Below are positions 42,889-52,058 of a stretch of 64,000 nucleotides of DNA, piece by piece (position 1 is the stretch's first letter; the number at the start of each line of letters is the position of its first letter). The DNA comes from an uncultured archaeon (GTDB taxonomy: Archaea > Asgardarchaeota > Thorarchaeia > Thorarchaeales > Thorarchaeaceae), in contig CAYWJO010000007.1 of assembly GCA_964458565.1 (NCBI GenBank), positions 37,154-101,153 of the forward strand, in the 5' to 3' direction. A program made the position numbers and the translations under genes. The notes beneath the pieces were generated by a model, which was not told the origin of the DNA, did not search any database, and saw only the letters and a program-made list of their open reading frames with translations.

Positions 42889-44991
42889 CTATCTCTTGAC
42901 CTCACCAAAAAGAGATTCAAATTCCTTGGCTTTTTCATGGAATCCATACTTCTTCCAAGCCCCTATCGCAATCTCAAGAATCTCCTGTGCGTTACTTCTT
43001 AACTTATCGTCACCCAGTATTTTCCAAGCTTTCATTAACAGGCTTAGAAGCGAATACCCCATCATTGCGACTTCATAATCGTGTTTGCTCATATCTTGTA
43101 GGGAAACACGATTCAATACCTCAATAATGCTAACAAATTGTCTGAGTTCTTTCATTTCGATGAAGTCTGTTGCCTCTGATAAGAGGTATGTTAAGGCAAT
43201 TATGTCATCTCTGCAGACAAGACCCTGAGTCATGAAAAATTGGTGAACTGACAATACCGTTTTCAATGCATTATATTGCACTTCTGACTGACAACTCTTG
43301 TCCAAAACCTTAGATCCAAGAGATGCCAATGCCATCATGATATTTCCCACATTCGTAGCGAATGTCATTGGGTCTAGAATTCTTAGTGCATCAACATCTC
43401 CCACGTCAAGAGTCTTAATGGTCGCTAGTATCAGCTTGATTTCGTCATGATGTAATTCACCGGCAATTGTAAGTACAGGTGATATTGCATTCATAAATAC
43501 ATCAAGAGAAAGACGGCCTCTGAGTTTTGGCCACTCCTCTTCCAGAACCAACACAATATCATGCAGGAAATCGGCAATATCAGCAAGATTACTGTCTCTC
43601 TCACCTCCTGTAGTTAGATGGAAGTATTCTGCGTAAGCAACACTCAAACTTTGAAAGACACTATCCACTGTGTAAGAGAAGAGAGGTATGTTGAATCTGA
43701 GAAGTTTTCTGAAATACATGGAGTATAGTGATATGACCTCTTTCAGAAACCCTCTCTTTTCTCCAATTGAAAGAACCGGGGACTCAGCTATAGCTGTCAA
43801 TAGCGTGATATAATTCTGAAGCTGTAAGGATCCTGTCTGGCCTGCACGGATAATTTCACTCTCAATAGATTCTTTGTTATTCTGACTGATTACGCTATCA
43901 AGTAGTTTCACCGTAGTACCTATTCTAACCTTCCACAAACCAAGTTCATCTTTGAAGTCATCCATACTAGTCATACTGTATAATTTTTGAAACAAAGCAC
44001 TTCTCTCGATGACCGCATCTAAATAGCTGCAAATGACATCGAATCCATGTTTTTCAAATAGCATCGAGAGCTGTTTAGCAAAATCAGGATGGTCTCCTAT
44101 TCTCGAATCAAGAAAAACAAAGGATTTGAGTAGACAGTCTTCATTATCTTCAATTTGGAAGGTTTTGATTGCGTGTTCAAATGAATGTTCATAATCAATT
44201 GGTGCAATCTCACCAAAAATCCTACCTATCATACTCCTTCCAAGCTGGTATAACGTTCCAGATGGAAGTGAATTCGCAATACCACGGAATATCTCTCGTG
44301 GGGGTGCTCGTGTTTTAGTCATAGTGGATGCAAGGGCTCCCATTTTCAGTGCAAATAACTTGACAGCTGGATTGTCATGTTTCAAACTAGCTATACACGC
44401 TTTGTCAAACGCTCCATTTTTTGCATATCGCATTGCACTGTCAACATCAGTTTCAATGCTCTCTGTTAGATTTTTCCACTCTTCTTCAAGCTCGACTGTT
44501 TCAACAGTGTTCTCTAAATCATCAAGTATCTGTTTGTATGTGGGATTTTTCTTCAAAGTTTCTAAAATCGGAATCCATGTTGTTTCTAATATATCACTCA
44601 AACTGAATTCTAGACTATGCTTCACATATGAATCAAGAATTGCGCATACTAGATCTTTGTGCAAGTCCGTAACGCTCCCATCAGCAGGAGGCACGCGGGA
44701 CTCATCAATCTCTTCAGCAATAATACGAATTAGTATATCCATGTAATCTTCTGCTCTGTCAACAAGGGCTACAATAGTATACCCCTTCTTACTCTCTGTC
44801 ATAAGCAGTTTCTGTTCTCTGAAATCGAGCTTCAATACATTACCTGAAGATATCGTTGAACTCAATGTCTTAGTGGCTTCAATTAGAGCTCCAACTAGCA
44901 TATCGCTTCTTGTTGCAAAATTGCTTTTGACCTGGACTGAAATGCCGCCTTCTGAAAGAACACCAATCAGACGTATCATTAGGAGCACCAA
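42889..44991 (-). CDS. 700-aa protein: N-terminal roadblock/longin-like domain + about 600-aa all-helical region
   Basis: Residues 1-105 (IRLIGVLSEGGISVQVKSNF..RSDMLVGALIEATKTLSS...GNVLKLDFREQKLLMTESKKGYTIVALVDRAEDYMDILIRIIAEEI) follow the beta-beta-alpha-beta-beta-beta-alpha pattern of roadblock/LC7/longin modules. The rest is helix-rich with no TM segment. Confidence 0.6.
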   Translation of the reverse strand: MVLLMIRLIGVLSEGGISVQVKSNFATRSDMLVGALIEATKTLSSTISSGNVLKLDFREQKLLMTESKKGYTIVALVDRAEDYMDILIRIIAEEIDESRVPPADGSVTDLHKDLVCAILDSYVKHSLEFSLSDILETTWIPILETLKKNPTYKQILDDLENTVETVELEEEWKNLTESIETDVDSAMRYAKNGAFDKACIASLKHDNPAVKLFALKMGALASTMTKTRAPPREIFRGIANSLPSGTLYQLGRSMIGRIFGEIAPIDYEHSFEHAIKTFQIEDNEDCLLKSFVFLDSRIGDHPDFAKQLSMLFEKHGFDVICSYLDAVIERSALFQKLYSMTSMDDFKDELGLWKVRIGTTVKLLDSVISQNNKESIESEIIRAGQTGSLQLQNYITLLTAIAESPVLSIGEKRGFLKEVISLYSMYFRKLLRFNIPLFSYTVDSVFQSLSVAYAEYFHLTTGGERDSNLADIADFLHDIVLVLEEEWPKLRGRLSLDVFMNAISPVLTIAGELHHDEIKLILATIKTLDVGDVDALRILDPMTFATNVGNIMMALASLGSKVLDKSCQSEVQYNALKTVLSVHQFFMTQGLVCRDDIIALTYLLSEATDFIEMKELRQFVSIIEVLNRVSLQDMSKHDYEVAMMGYSLLSLLMKAWKILGDDKLRSNAQEILEIAIGAWKKYGFHEKAKEFESLFGEVKR

Positions 44992-45298
44992 TTATTTTCT
45001 AGCTCGACAATACTTTGGTAAACCCCCCGAAAAAGATTCTCCATAGGTACTCTCATATGTTACACCCATTTAAAGCTCGCCGAACCATTATATTCAGGTT
45101 ATTTCTGTCAATTGGTAATATTGGAAACCATGAGGGAATTTGTTGCAATTAATGATCCACGCATTGGAAGAAAAATCAAGAATGGTCGATATAATAAATT
45201 CCAAGGTAATAGATGCATGGCTGGACCCTGAAACTCTCCATGAAATTATCGCCTTCAAACCAATTCGATGAAGATTACTATCTCGATGTTGTCCGTTC

Positions 45299-46855
45299 TC
45301 ATGTAGAATCCCATATTTCATCTTGTACATAGTTACGTCCTGATTTCATGCAAATCTCCGCCTTGGTTAATTCACACCCTAGATACGAAGCATGACTAAG
45401 ATGACTGATTATTCCTCTGGTCAATATGGCCTGTAACAGAGCATTAGCTGTCTCGGACTTCAAGTTAATTGTTGAGTTGTCTGACTTTTTATGCTGGCAG
45501 AGTATTCTTCTTCTACGCCGATCCACTGCAATCCTAAAACAACCTTTAGGATCAGTTTGATGCTTAGAAGTTTCCTTCATGACAACTTCAAAGCTATCAT
45601 TGTCGCTTAATGTCTGTGGATCAAATTGCGGAGATTTGATATAAAATGCTGAGAATCCTATATCTCTAGGTGGAGCATTCAAAATCTTAGCCGCAAAGGA
45701 CATCTGACTGGCAAGATGGAGTTCTTTTGTACTATACACGGTAGAAGCTCTCTCCTCAGTTGTGAGAAACACTGAGATTCCTAATTCAATGCCCAAACAA
45801 GCAAGTAATGCGTTAACTCCTGTTGTATCCGAGTCTATGAACTCTGTAACATTCCCAAAACCTGCCAAAAATGGTCTATCGGAATCTAATTGACGACACA
45901 TGTAATAAGCAGTCAATGATTTCATTAGTCCCGGATGAATCGCAGCTTCCATCAGTGGATCGGCAAATAGCTTAGTATAGCCTTTCTTTTCTAACTTTTC
46001 ACAAATCTCTTTACACAATCTAGCTCGTTCTGACGGCTCATTTGGAAAAACACCCTCTGACACATTCGTTGGAAGGCAGACAATCGCTACATCTTCTGGA
46101 AGTCGTTGTACTACACCTATGTTTCCATGGTCAACTGAGAGAACGATTTCAGCACCCGCATCAACTCCTGCTAGAATTTCTGAAGGATTCAGTGTGTCAA
46201 TACTGACAGGCAGTCCTAGTTTTTTAACTTCAGTAACTAGTTCTGCTATCTTTTCAGGGTCTGTTTTCTCTATGTTCGTACCAAGGTCTATGATATCTGC
46301 CCATTCAACAAATTTCTTTGCTTTCTCCAGTGACTCATCAATCGAACGAGTGGTGACATCTACAACCTCCGCCATGACTTTTGGAGGGAAATCCAATCCT
46401 ATTGGAATGCCTGATATTAGCTTAAAGTTACGGGTTTTGAAACTAACTTTGTCTTCTAATTCTTGGATATATTGGTGAAGATTCTCCTTTTGTTTCTCCT
46501 TGATTATAATATCAGCAGATTCAATTGGTGATAGCAGGTGTGCAAAATCTTCGAACCCTCTTAGGAGTAAAGGCAAGCCCGAAACATTTCTAGTACCTTT
46601 TAGTACACGTGTTCTAAGTTCTCTTCCGACCTGGGTGAAATCTCCTTGGGCCATTCCAGAGATAATAATCACATCCGGATCATGTTTGGATATGAACTCC
46701 AATCCATGTCTTAGCACCAATCTGGTCGTTGTGAAAGCAGCTACTGAAATTGGAAGGACATCAACATACACATTGTCAAACGCTTCTACACTTCTTCTAA
46801 CATCATCTTGAGCCATTCTTCCTGTCAAAAGCAGTATCCTGCTCTTCTTCGACAT
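45299..46855 (-). CDS. dihydropteroate-synthase-like (pterin-binding) protein with a C-terminal DUF4346-type domain
   Basis: The 518-aa architecture and N-terminus (ILLLTGRMA...) resemble the archaeal DHPS-like proteins of the MJ0107 type. The assignment rests on family recollection, not a strict motif. Confidence 0.65.
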   Translation of the reverse strand: MSKKSRILLLTGRMAQDDVRRSVEAFDNVYVDVLPISVAAFTTTRLVLRHGLEFISKHDPDVIIISGMAQGDFTQVGRELRTRVLKGTRNVSGLPLLLRGFEDFAHLLSPIESADIIIKEKQKENLHQYIQELEDKVSFKTRNFKLISGIPIGLDFPPKVMAEVVDVTTRSIDESLEKAKKFVEWADIIDLGTNIEKTDPEKIAELVTEVKKLGLPVSIDTLNPSEILAGVDAGAEIVLSVDHGNIGVVQRLPEDVAIVCLPTNVSEGVFPNEPSERARLCKEICEKLEKKGYTKLFADPLMEAAIHPGLMKSLTAYYMCRQLDSDRPFLAGFGNVTEFIDSDTTGVNALLACLGIELGISVFLTTEERASTVYSTKELHLASQMSFAAKILNAPPRDIGFSAFYIKSPQFDPQTLSDNDSFEVVMKETSKHQTDPKGCFRIAVDRRRRRILCQHKKSDNSTINLKSETANALLQAILTRGIISHLSHASYLGCELTKAEICMKSGRNYVQDEIWDST

Positions 46856-46969
46856 ATATCACCACTCCCAAATCATAAAGACTGAACCCTTTGAAGAATT
46901 CTCTGGTTCCCCTGGTATGTTCGTTTAATTTATGTAGACTGCTTTACTGTAAATCGGATGGTGTGATTA

Positions 46970-47557
46970 TTGACTGAAGATGATAAGCACAAGGATGTTC
47001 ATTTTGCAACCACTCTTGAACTAAATGTTGAGAGAATCAAAGGTGATGGCTACATTCTTGATATTGGTGGAGGCGGTGAGGGTGTTATTGGTCAACTTGA
47101 GGGACGAAGAGTTGTTGCAATTGATATTCGCAAAGATGAACTTGAGGAAGCTAATGTTGGCGATTATCTCCGGGTTGTAATGGATGCTACAGACCTTAAA
47201 TTCTTGGAAGGGAGTTTTCCCACTGTTACGGCATTCTTCTCGATGATGTATATGGATAATGAAATGAAGGAGAAAGTCTTCAGAGAGATATATCGAGTTC
47301 TTGCTCCAAAGGGAGAATTCCTCATCTGGGATTTAGTTGTTCCCAAACAATTCGATGAAACTAAACGTGTGTACGCTATATTGTTGAAAATTCATCTGCC
47401 TGATAGGACTATTGAAACGGGGTATGGCTGTCCTTGGGCCAAACGTGTACAAAACTTCTCTGATTTCAAGGATTTTGCAATGAACGTTGGATTTGATCTT
47501 CTTGAGGAGGACATTGGAGAACATTCTTTCTTCCTCCGATGGACAAAACCAGAATAA
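46970..47557 (+). CDS. class I SAM-dependent methyltransferase
   Basis: Motif I ILDIGGGGEGV, an acidic residue at AIDI, and post-I/II spacing typical of Methyltransf_11-type enzymes. Confidence 0.75.
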   Translation: MTEDDKHKDVHFATTLELNVERIKGDGYILDIGGGGEGVIGQLEGRRVVAIDIRKDELEEANVGDYLRVVMDATDLKFLEGSFPTVTAFFSMMYMDNEMKEKVFREIYRVLAPKGEFLIWDLVVPKQFDETKRVYAILLKIHLPDRTIETGYGCPWAKRVQNFSDFKDFAMNVGFDLLEEDIGEHSFFLRWTKPE

Positions 47558-47633
47558 CCTGTTCCTAGGAGTCCGTTTGCTATTGTATTTGATATGTTTC
47601 AGCGTACTCAGTAACATTTATAACTAAATTATG

Positions 47634-47645
47634 TATAGTACTATA
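47634..47645. promoter_or_regulatory. perfect 12-bp palindrome TATAGTACTATA upstream of the padR-like operon (candidate operator overlapping TATA-like sequence)
   Basis: Seen directly in the sequence, about 70 nt upstream of the PadR start codon. Confidence 0.35.
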
Positions 47646-47712
47646 TAACATAGAGTATATGGTGTTACACAATGGTAAACAACATAAATCGTTTCAATGG
47701 CGGTAACAACGA

Positions 47713-48084
47713 ATGAGTAAATTGCATCGAAAAGCCCTTGATGAGTTTGACCGCTGGTCGAAAGAAGTCAAGAGAGGTGCTGCATCATTGGCGATACTAT
47801 CAGTCTTGGAAGGCGAAAGCAACTATGGTTATGAGATAGTAAATGCTCTGAAACGGAAAGGTGCTGATTTTCTCGCTTTTGAAGAAGGTACAGTGTATCC
47901 TCTTCTTAAGAGGCTCGAACAACGAGATCTTTTGAAGGCTGAATGGAATTACGATGATCCTGCAAAGCCGAGGAAGTACTATACCACAACCGCGGAGGGT
48001 AAGGAAGCACTTCGACTGATGAAGGAAAAGTGGAATGAACTTGGGAGAGAAATGGAACGCATTTTAGAAGGTGACGCACTATGA
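47713..48084 (+). CDS. PadR-family transcriptional regulator
   Basis: ILSVLEGESNYGYEI...L.........EGTVYPLLKRLEQRDLL. Confidence 0.9.
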   Translation: MSKLHRKALDEFDRWSKEVKRGAASLAILSVLEGESNYGYEIVNALKRKGADFLAFEEGTVYPLLKRLEQRDLLKAEWNYDDPAKPRKYYTTTAEGKEALRLMKEKWNELGREMERILEGDAL

Positions 48085-49199
48085 CAAGAGATCCAGATAG
48101 AGTAATTGAAGAATATTTAGAACGTGTGAAAGTATATCTGCCACTAGGCAGCGAAGATACATTGACAGAGATTCGGACCCACATCTTAGATTCAGCCGAA
48201 CGAATAGGCGAAGGCAAGGTGACTGAGGGGTCTGTTATAATGGCGATTGAACGAATTGGTGAACCCCAAAGAGTTGCTAATGAATACGCAGGCACAGGCG
48301 AGAAAGTAGGTCCGGTTCCTGCTGAATATGTACAACCATTATTTAGAATTCTGTTGACTCTTCTTGCAATCAGTATTGCATTAATTATTGGACTAAATGT
48401 AGTCGGGATAGCATTTGATGCATTTATCGATCTTAGCGTTCTCCCGTATTACTTCCCAATAGTAGTCGTTCTGAATGTCTTTATCGTTGTATCCATAATT
48501 GCCCTGATTTCATTGATCGTGGACCGCGACAAGCGGATTACAGAGAGAACTACACTTGAGGCTATCTTTGGTGCTGGAAGTGAAGGTTTCAAACCTAAAG
48601 GTCGTCTGGATGCAGCTGGTGAAGTATTCTTTGGTTTCCTTTGGGCATTAGTGATCATTCTTCCTCCGGTATTAGCTGCTCTAAATCCAGCTATCCTCCT
48701 CCCAATGGTCATAGCAGCATTTCTGTTGCTCATCGGTTCCGTAAAGGGGTCTCTCTTCTACACTGCCGGCGAGAACAATCTCAACTTATTGTTTGAAGCC
48801 CTATTGAGTATTGCATGGATTATCCTTGCATTGTTTCTAGCTGGAGTTCCATATCCTATGGACAAAATCTACTACAATACTAATGGCGTCTGGATGACTA
48901 TGACTGTGGAGGAACTTACTACTCTTGTACCAATTGATGTATTTGACCTCACAATTGTTTTCGCAATTGGTTGGAGCATCTTCATCTTCATTCTTGTAGT
49001 GACCAATGTCTGGAGAGTATTGGTATCAGTATCTAAGATATCCCTATACCTGCGAGATGGAAAAGGTTGGTGGTGGCAAGGTGGCTGGGGTAAGCCACAA
49101 TACAGGCGTAGTCGCTGGTATAAGAGATTCTTTGCCAAAGATGACAATGAGTCAGAAGAATACACAACTTACACTGACGGTTATACGGGAAACGAATAA
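48081..49199 (+). CDS. membrane protein with an N-terminal DUF1700/HAAS-type domain (PadR-associated sensor)
   Basis: It overlaps the padR stop by 4 nt. The N-terminus VIEEYLERVKVYLPLGSEDTLTEIRTHILDSAE is DUF1700-like, followed by about 6 TM helices. Confidence 0.7.
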   Translation: MTRDPDRVIEEYLERVKVYLPLGSEDTLTEIRTHILDSAERIGEGKVTEGSVIMAIERIGEPQRVANEYAGTGEKVGPVPAEYVQPLFRILLTLLAISIALIIGLNVVGIAFDAFIDLSVLPYYFPIVVVLNVFIVVSIIALISLIVDRDKRITERTTLEAIFGAGSEGFKPKGRLDAAGEVFFGFLWALVIILPPVLAALNPAILLPMVIAAFLLLIGSVKGSLFYTAGENNLNLLFEALLSIAWIILALFLAGVPYPMDKIYYNTNGVWMTMTVEELTTLVPIDVFDLTIVFAIGWSIFIFILVVTNVWRVLVSVSKISLYLRDGKGWWWQGGWGKPQYRRSRWYKRFFAKDDNESEEYTTYTDGYTGNE

Positions 49200-49213
49200 C
49201 TAATCATTGATTC

Positions 49214-49241
49214 GAGAGCCCCTTCAAGGGGTTCTCTTTTT
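49214..49241 (+). terminator. stem-loop plus T5 after the HAAS membrane gene
   Basis: GAGAGCCCCT-tca-AGGGGTTCTC (10 bp with one G-T pair), followed by ttttt. Confidence 0.5.
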
Positions 49242-49330
49242 CTTATTCTATTGATTTTGAAGCTATCTATCAACACATACGCGATTCTTATATATCCCTA
49301 ATCTTTTTTCAAGCCTTCAGAACAAACGCG

Positions 49331-50209
49331 GTGACTTGTATGTGTAAATGGTGCTTCAAACACGGTGATGGCGGCAAGTGGTATGAGAACGCCCGTCTCT
49401 ATTCCAACGAATTAGCCGATGAGTACAACGCTCAAGAATACCTTGAAGAACAATGGAAGAATATGGAAACTTTGTTCATCAGAAAAATCATGGGATTCAA
49501 TTCCATTGGTCTCGGGTATAAGATGCAGATGCCAATCATTGGCAGAGTAATACGGAAAGTCGTTGAGGGGCAAATCCATAGTGAAAAGAAGAACAGGAAT
49601 CCTGTACGTGCGGATGGTCACTTTGGTCAGGTGTTACCAATGGAGGATGCAGTTCATATCCTTGGTAATTTGGCAGCCGAACCTATAATCAAAAACTACT
49701 GCATATGCAGATACATGCAGCGAGGAGTAAAAGATGCTGTGTGCATTAATTTTGGGCAGCTTTCCGAAGTTATCGAGAAACACACCCGCTACATCCCAGA
49801 GGGTGTGAAATACCGACTAGATAGAGAGGAAGCTATTGAAGCACTGATGGAACAGAACAAGAAAGGTTACGTTGCATCGGTATGGTTTCAACCAGTTCCC
49901 TACATCAATGCGATTTGCTCATGCGAAACTCCTGAGTGTGGTGGTCTCCGTCTGAGAAACGACTTTGGATTGGAAACAGTATACAAGGGTGAATATATCA
50001 TTGAAATTAACATTGATAACTGTCAAGGTTGTAAGAGCTGTGTAAGTATGTGTCAATTCAATGCTCTCAGATATCTCCCCTCAGTTGACCGAGTGATAGT
50101 TGACCTTGACAAGTGCTTTGGCTGTGGAGTCTGTAGACATGCATGTAAGCATGATGCACTCAATCTCGTCCCCCGTGAGTCTGTTCCAGGACAGGCTGGT
50201 AAGTACTGA
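49331..50209 (+). CDS. 4Fe-4S dicluster-domain protein with a Cys-rich N-terminus
   Basis: C-terminal CQGCKSCVSMC and CFGCGVCRHAC ferredoxin motifs. The N-terminus reads CMCKWCFKHGDGGKWY. Confidence 0.7.
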   Translation: MTCMCKWCFKHGDGGKWYENARLYSNELADEYNAQEYLEEQWKNMETLFIRKIMGFNSIGLGYKMQMPIIGRVIRKVVEGQIHSEKKNRNPVRADGHFGQVLPMEDAVHILGNLAAEPIIKNYCICRYMQRGVKDAVCINFGQLSEVIEKHTRYIPEGVKYRLDREEAIEALMEQNKKGYVASVWFQPVPYINAICSCETPECGGLRLRNDFGLETVYKGEYIIEINIDNCQGCKSCVSMCQFNALRYLPSVDRVIVDLDKCFGCGVCRHACKHDALNLVPRESVPGQAGKY

Positions 50210-50215
50210 TGATGG

Positions 50216-50509
50216 GTGGTAGATATGGTAAAGAAGACAAAAATCAAGATAGACCATTCGAAATGTGGATTTGCTGGCAATATCGACCCGAGAAGCTGCA
50301 GAAAATGCCTGTATGTCTGCGACCCCGCGGTTCTACTCCTTCATCCTACACTCGAGCAACACCCCGATCCTCATAATCCAGAAAAATGGGTAATTGATGC
50401 CATATGGCTATCAAAATGTACAGGTTGTATGAAATGTTCTGAAATATGTCCAGAGTCTGCAATTGAAGTCTTTCCGGGTGACTCATTGGCATATATCAGA
50501 GCTACATAG
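50216..50509 (+). CDS. small ferredoxin-like protein (one canonical and one degenerate cluster motif)
   Basis: CTGCMKCSEICP plus the upstream C....CRKCLYVCDP. Confidence 0.55.
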   Translation: MVDMVKKTKIKIDHSKCGFAGNIDPRSCRKCLYVCDPAVLLLHPTLEQHPDPHNPEKWVIDAIWLSKCTGCMKCSEICPESAIEVFPGDSLAYIRAT

Positions 50510-50529
50510 GTAGGTACATGACATATCTC

Positions 50530-51573
50530 CTATCGTAAGGTAGTGATGGGTCGTGATTGTAATATGATAATCTCGTTTCCTGTCATGCACCACTCAATAT
50601 CCTGAGGCCCACCCATTTTCCTCTCGATTTCAAGACCAATCTCCGCAACTTGCATCAAGGCATTATTGGTCAACGTGAACTCGGAACGTTTCTCTATGGG
50701 CGTATCCTTCATTACCGACTGAACATAACCATCCACAACTTCGGGTCGAGAAAATCTCTCCTTTGTTCCTATGCTCTTTGCAGTTACCTTGAGGGGATTC
50801 TTTGAGAGAATGAATGTATCTGGGATTACTTTTCCTGAAACCAAAGTGTTTCCAAGTCCCCACGTTGAGTTGATTAACATCTCATCTATATCATTATTGA
50901 CCACATTTGCAGTGAACGTGACTCCAGACACATCTGCAGAAATCATCTCTTGTACAAAGACACTCATCATCATCTGGCTTAGGGGGATGTCTTTTGTATT
51001 CAGATAGATGACTGCACTTGGAGAAAACCCTGATATCCAGACATCTTTGATTGCTTTGATAACATCACTAGGCTCTACAATACACAGAAAACTCTCCGCC
51101 TGACCCGCAAATGAAATATCAGTACGATCTTCTATTGTTGCTGAAGATCGGACCGCACATCCGTGTTCTAACTTTCTTGTTCTTGTTTGAAGATTGTGAA
51201 ACTCTTCTATTATCTGTGTTTCAATATCCCGTGGTATGCTGTATCGATTCACTAGTACTTGAAGACCTACTGCAAGCTCTAGCATCTCTTCATAATCATC
51301 ACATCTCTCAATATTCATAACCAACTCTGACAGCTGAGGTATATCTGTTAACATCCTCTGAAAACATGAAGTAGTTACTGAGAAACCCAATGGAACTGGA
51401 AAACCCATTTCATGCAAACGTGCAAGATTGACCCCTTTTCCTCCATATTTCACTACGTCCTTCGAATCAATCTCAGCTAAGGGAACTACCCATCGTATTG
51501 AGTCATCTCCTTCGTTCAAGACCAACTCACCACATTCATTCAGTAAGGAATAATGATCCGGAGAGGCCATCAT
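50530..51573 (-). CDS. PEP/pyruvate-binding (PPDK_N ATP-grasp) domain protein
   Basis: VVKYGGKGVNLARL, FPVPLGFSVTT and AVRSSATIEDRTDISFAGQAES are as in the N-terminal nucleotide-binding domain of PEP synthase/PPDK. There is no swivel or TIM-barrel domain in the same ORF. Confidence 0.85.
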   Translation of the reverse strand: MMASPDHYSLLNECGELVLNEGDDSIRWVVPLAEIDSKDVVKYGGKGVNLARLHEMGFPVPLGFSVTTSCFQRMLTDIPQLSELVMNIERCDDYEEMLELAVGLQVLVNRYSIPRDIETQIIEEFHNLQTRTRKLEHGCAVRSSATIEDRTDISFAGQAESFLCIVEPSDVIKAIKDVWISGFSPSAVIYLNTKDIPLSQMMMSVFVQEMISADVSGVTFTANVVNNDIDEMLINSTWGLGNTLVSGKVIPDTFILSKNPLKVTAKSIGTKERFSRPEVVDGYVQSVMKDTPIEKRSEFTLTNNALMQVAEIGLEIERKMGGPQDIEWCMTGNEIIILQSRPITTLR

Positions 51574-51976
51574 CTGGCTTTATGATAACTTGCTTTCTGT
51601 TCAGTTCATGAGGATTATCAATTTTCACACCCATTAATGCAGGGATTTCAAACTCACGTGTTACTATAGCAAGATGTGACCCAAGAGCTCCAGACATGCA
51701 AACTACACCTGCTAACTTTGAAAGTACAGGTGCGAGAAAAGTTGTACCTGCATCATCGACGAGAACGATCTTTCCTTCTGCACCCTCCTTCAATAATTGA
51801 ATAACTTCTGGTACGGATGTAATATATCGTAGCTCTCCATCAGCCTCTAATTTTAGGGATATTAATCCCTGTCCAACCTTTTGCATCTCATTAGTCACCT
51901 TGCAAGCTTCAGCAATTGAATCCACTGGGAGATATAAGATTTGATACTCTGTTTTACAATTAATCATATTGCGCAT
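51536..51976 (-). CDS. stand-alone PEP-utilising-enzyme mobile (phosphohistidine swivel) domain protein
   Basis: KIVLVDDAGTTFLAPVLSKLAGVVCMSGALGSHLAIVTREFEIPALMG includes the conserved His. It overlaps the downstream ATP-grasp ORF by 38 nt in another frame. Confidence 0.8.
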   Translation of the reverse strand: MRNMINCKTEYQILYLPVDSIAEACKVTNEMQKVGQGLISLKLEADGELRYITSVPEVIQLLKEGAEGKIVLVDDAGTTFLAPVLSKLAGVVCMSGALGSHLAIVTREFEIPALMGVKIDNPHELNRKQVIIKPDDGLSGSLFLTE

Positions 51977-52058
51977 TTGATTGTGAAACCACCATACTTA
52001 CATAATGGGCTGTCTAGTCTGAGAATAATCAGGCTGCAAGAGTGCCAGGTGAGATGCA

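Noticed and set aside
45094-45330. 78-aa minus-strand ORF upstream of the DHPS-like gene
   Set aside because: It overlaps the DHPS-like start by 32 nt, has no motif or plausible ribosome-binding site, and lies in the promoter region. It was treated as noise. The 33-aa plus-strand ORF in the same spacer was also dismissed.
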